Assembly (NCBI GenBank): GCA_964428505.1
Contig: CAYRYQ010000005.1
Location: 1-44,546, forward strand
Origin: an uncultured Eubacteriales bacterium
GTDB lineage: Bacteria > Bacillota > Clostridia > Oscillospirales > QAKW01
Direction: 5' to 3'
Length of the DNA: 44,546 nucleotides
A program made the translations under genes and the position numbers. Positions 44,503-44,546 of the stretch are shown in pieces; within the stretch, counting starts at the first letter, position 1, and each line of letters begins with the position of its first letter. The notes under the pieces are model-generated. The model searched no databases. It was given only the letters and a program-made list of their open reading frames with translations, and was not told the DNA's origin.

Positions 44503-44546
44503 ATGCGGTTACCGAACGCGAAAAAATGAAACGATATTTTTGGAGG

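Noticed and set aside
44236-44529. 97-aa plus-strand ORF near the right edge
   Set aside because: It runs across a good promoter and a hairpin/T8 element, has no RBS, and has an implausible composition. The region is better explained as a leader or intergenic sequence.

Overview
This window looks like a chromosomal segment from a high-GC (roughly 55-60% by eye) Firmicutes/Clostridia-type genome; the T-box leader, lipoboxes, sigma-A type promoters and GGAGG ribosome-binding sites (RBS) fit that. Most of it is housekeeping. It holds a Fur/Zur-type regulator with a metal ABC importer operon, an AraC regulator, and glutamate synthase gltB-gltD. It also holds a THUMP RNA methyltransferase, a TIGR01212 radical-SAM gene, glpK, a metallophosphoesterase, and an ArsR / HMA-chaperone / P1B-ATPase metal-efflux operon. 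A putative glycoside hydrolase and a T-box-controlled type-2 ileS complete the set.

Two low-GC accessory islands interrupt this background.

(1) 146-1642 is a single-gene island. It encodes a secreted streptopain-like (C10) cysteine peptidase and lies next to a decayed ABC-F gene.

(2) About 25100-35256 is a roughly 10 kb polymorphic-toxin island and the most interesting part of the window.
- It contains a 2150-aa Sec-signal protein built as RCC1 repeats (about 16 blades), then an Rhs/YD shell, then a hydrophobic C-terminal tip (CT). A small multi-TM immunity-like gene is coupled to it.
- Next comes a decayed IS110-family transposase.
- Next comes an orphan Rhs C-terminal module that shares a 677-bp, apparently 100% identical direct repeat with the main gene. 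The orphan carries a different hydrophobic tip and its own small TM immunity-like gene.
- Last is a translationally coupled pair of small unknown ORFs.
- A short GTCCCCTGTC-type motif recurs in both orientations only in the spacers of this island.

A 1943-aa secreted beta-helix/GLUG/EEP/InlB-B-repeat protein is also notable. No rRNA, tRNA or CRISPR array was seen. Long ORFs antisense to high-GC genes are treated as artefacts.
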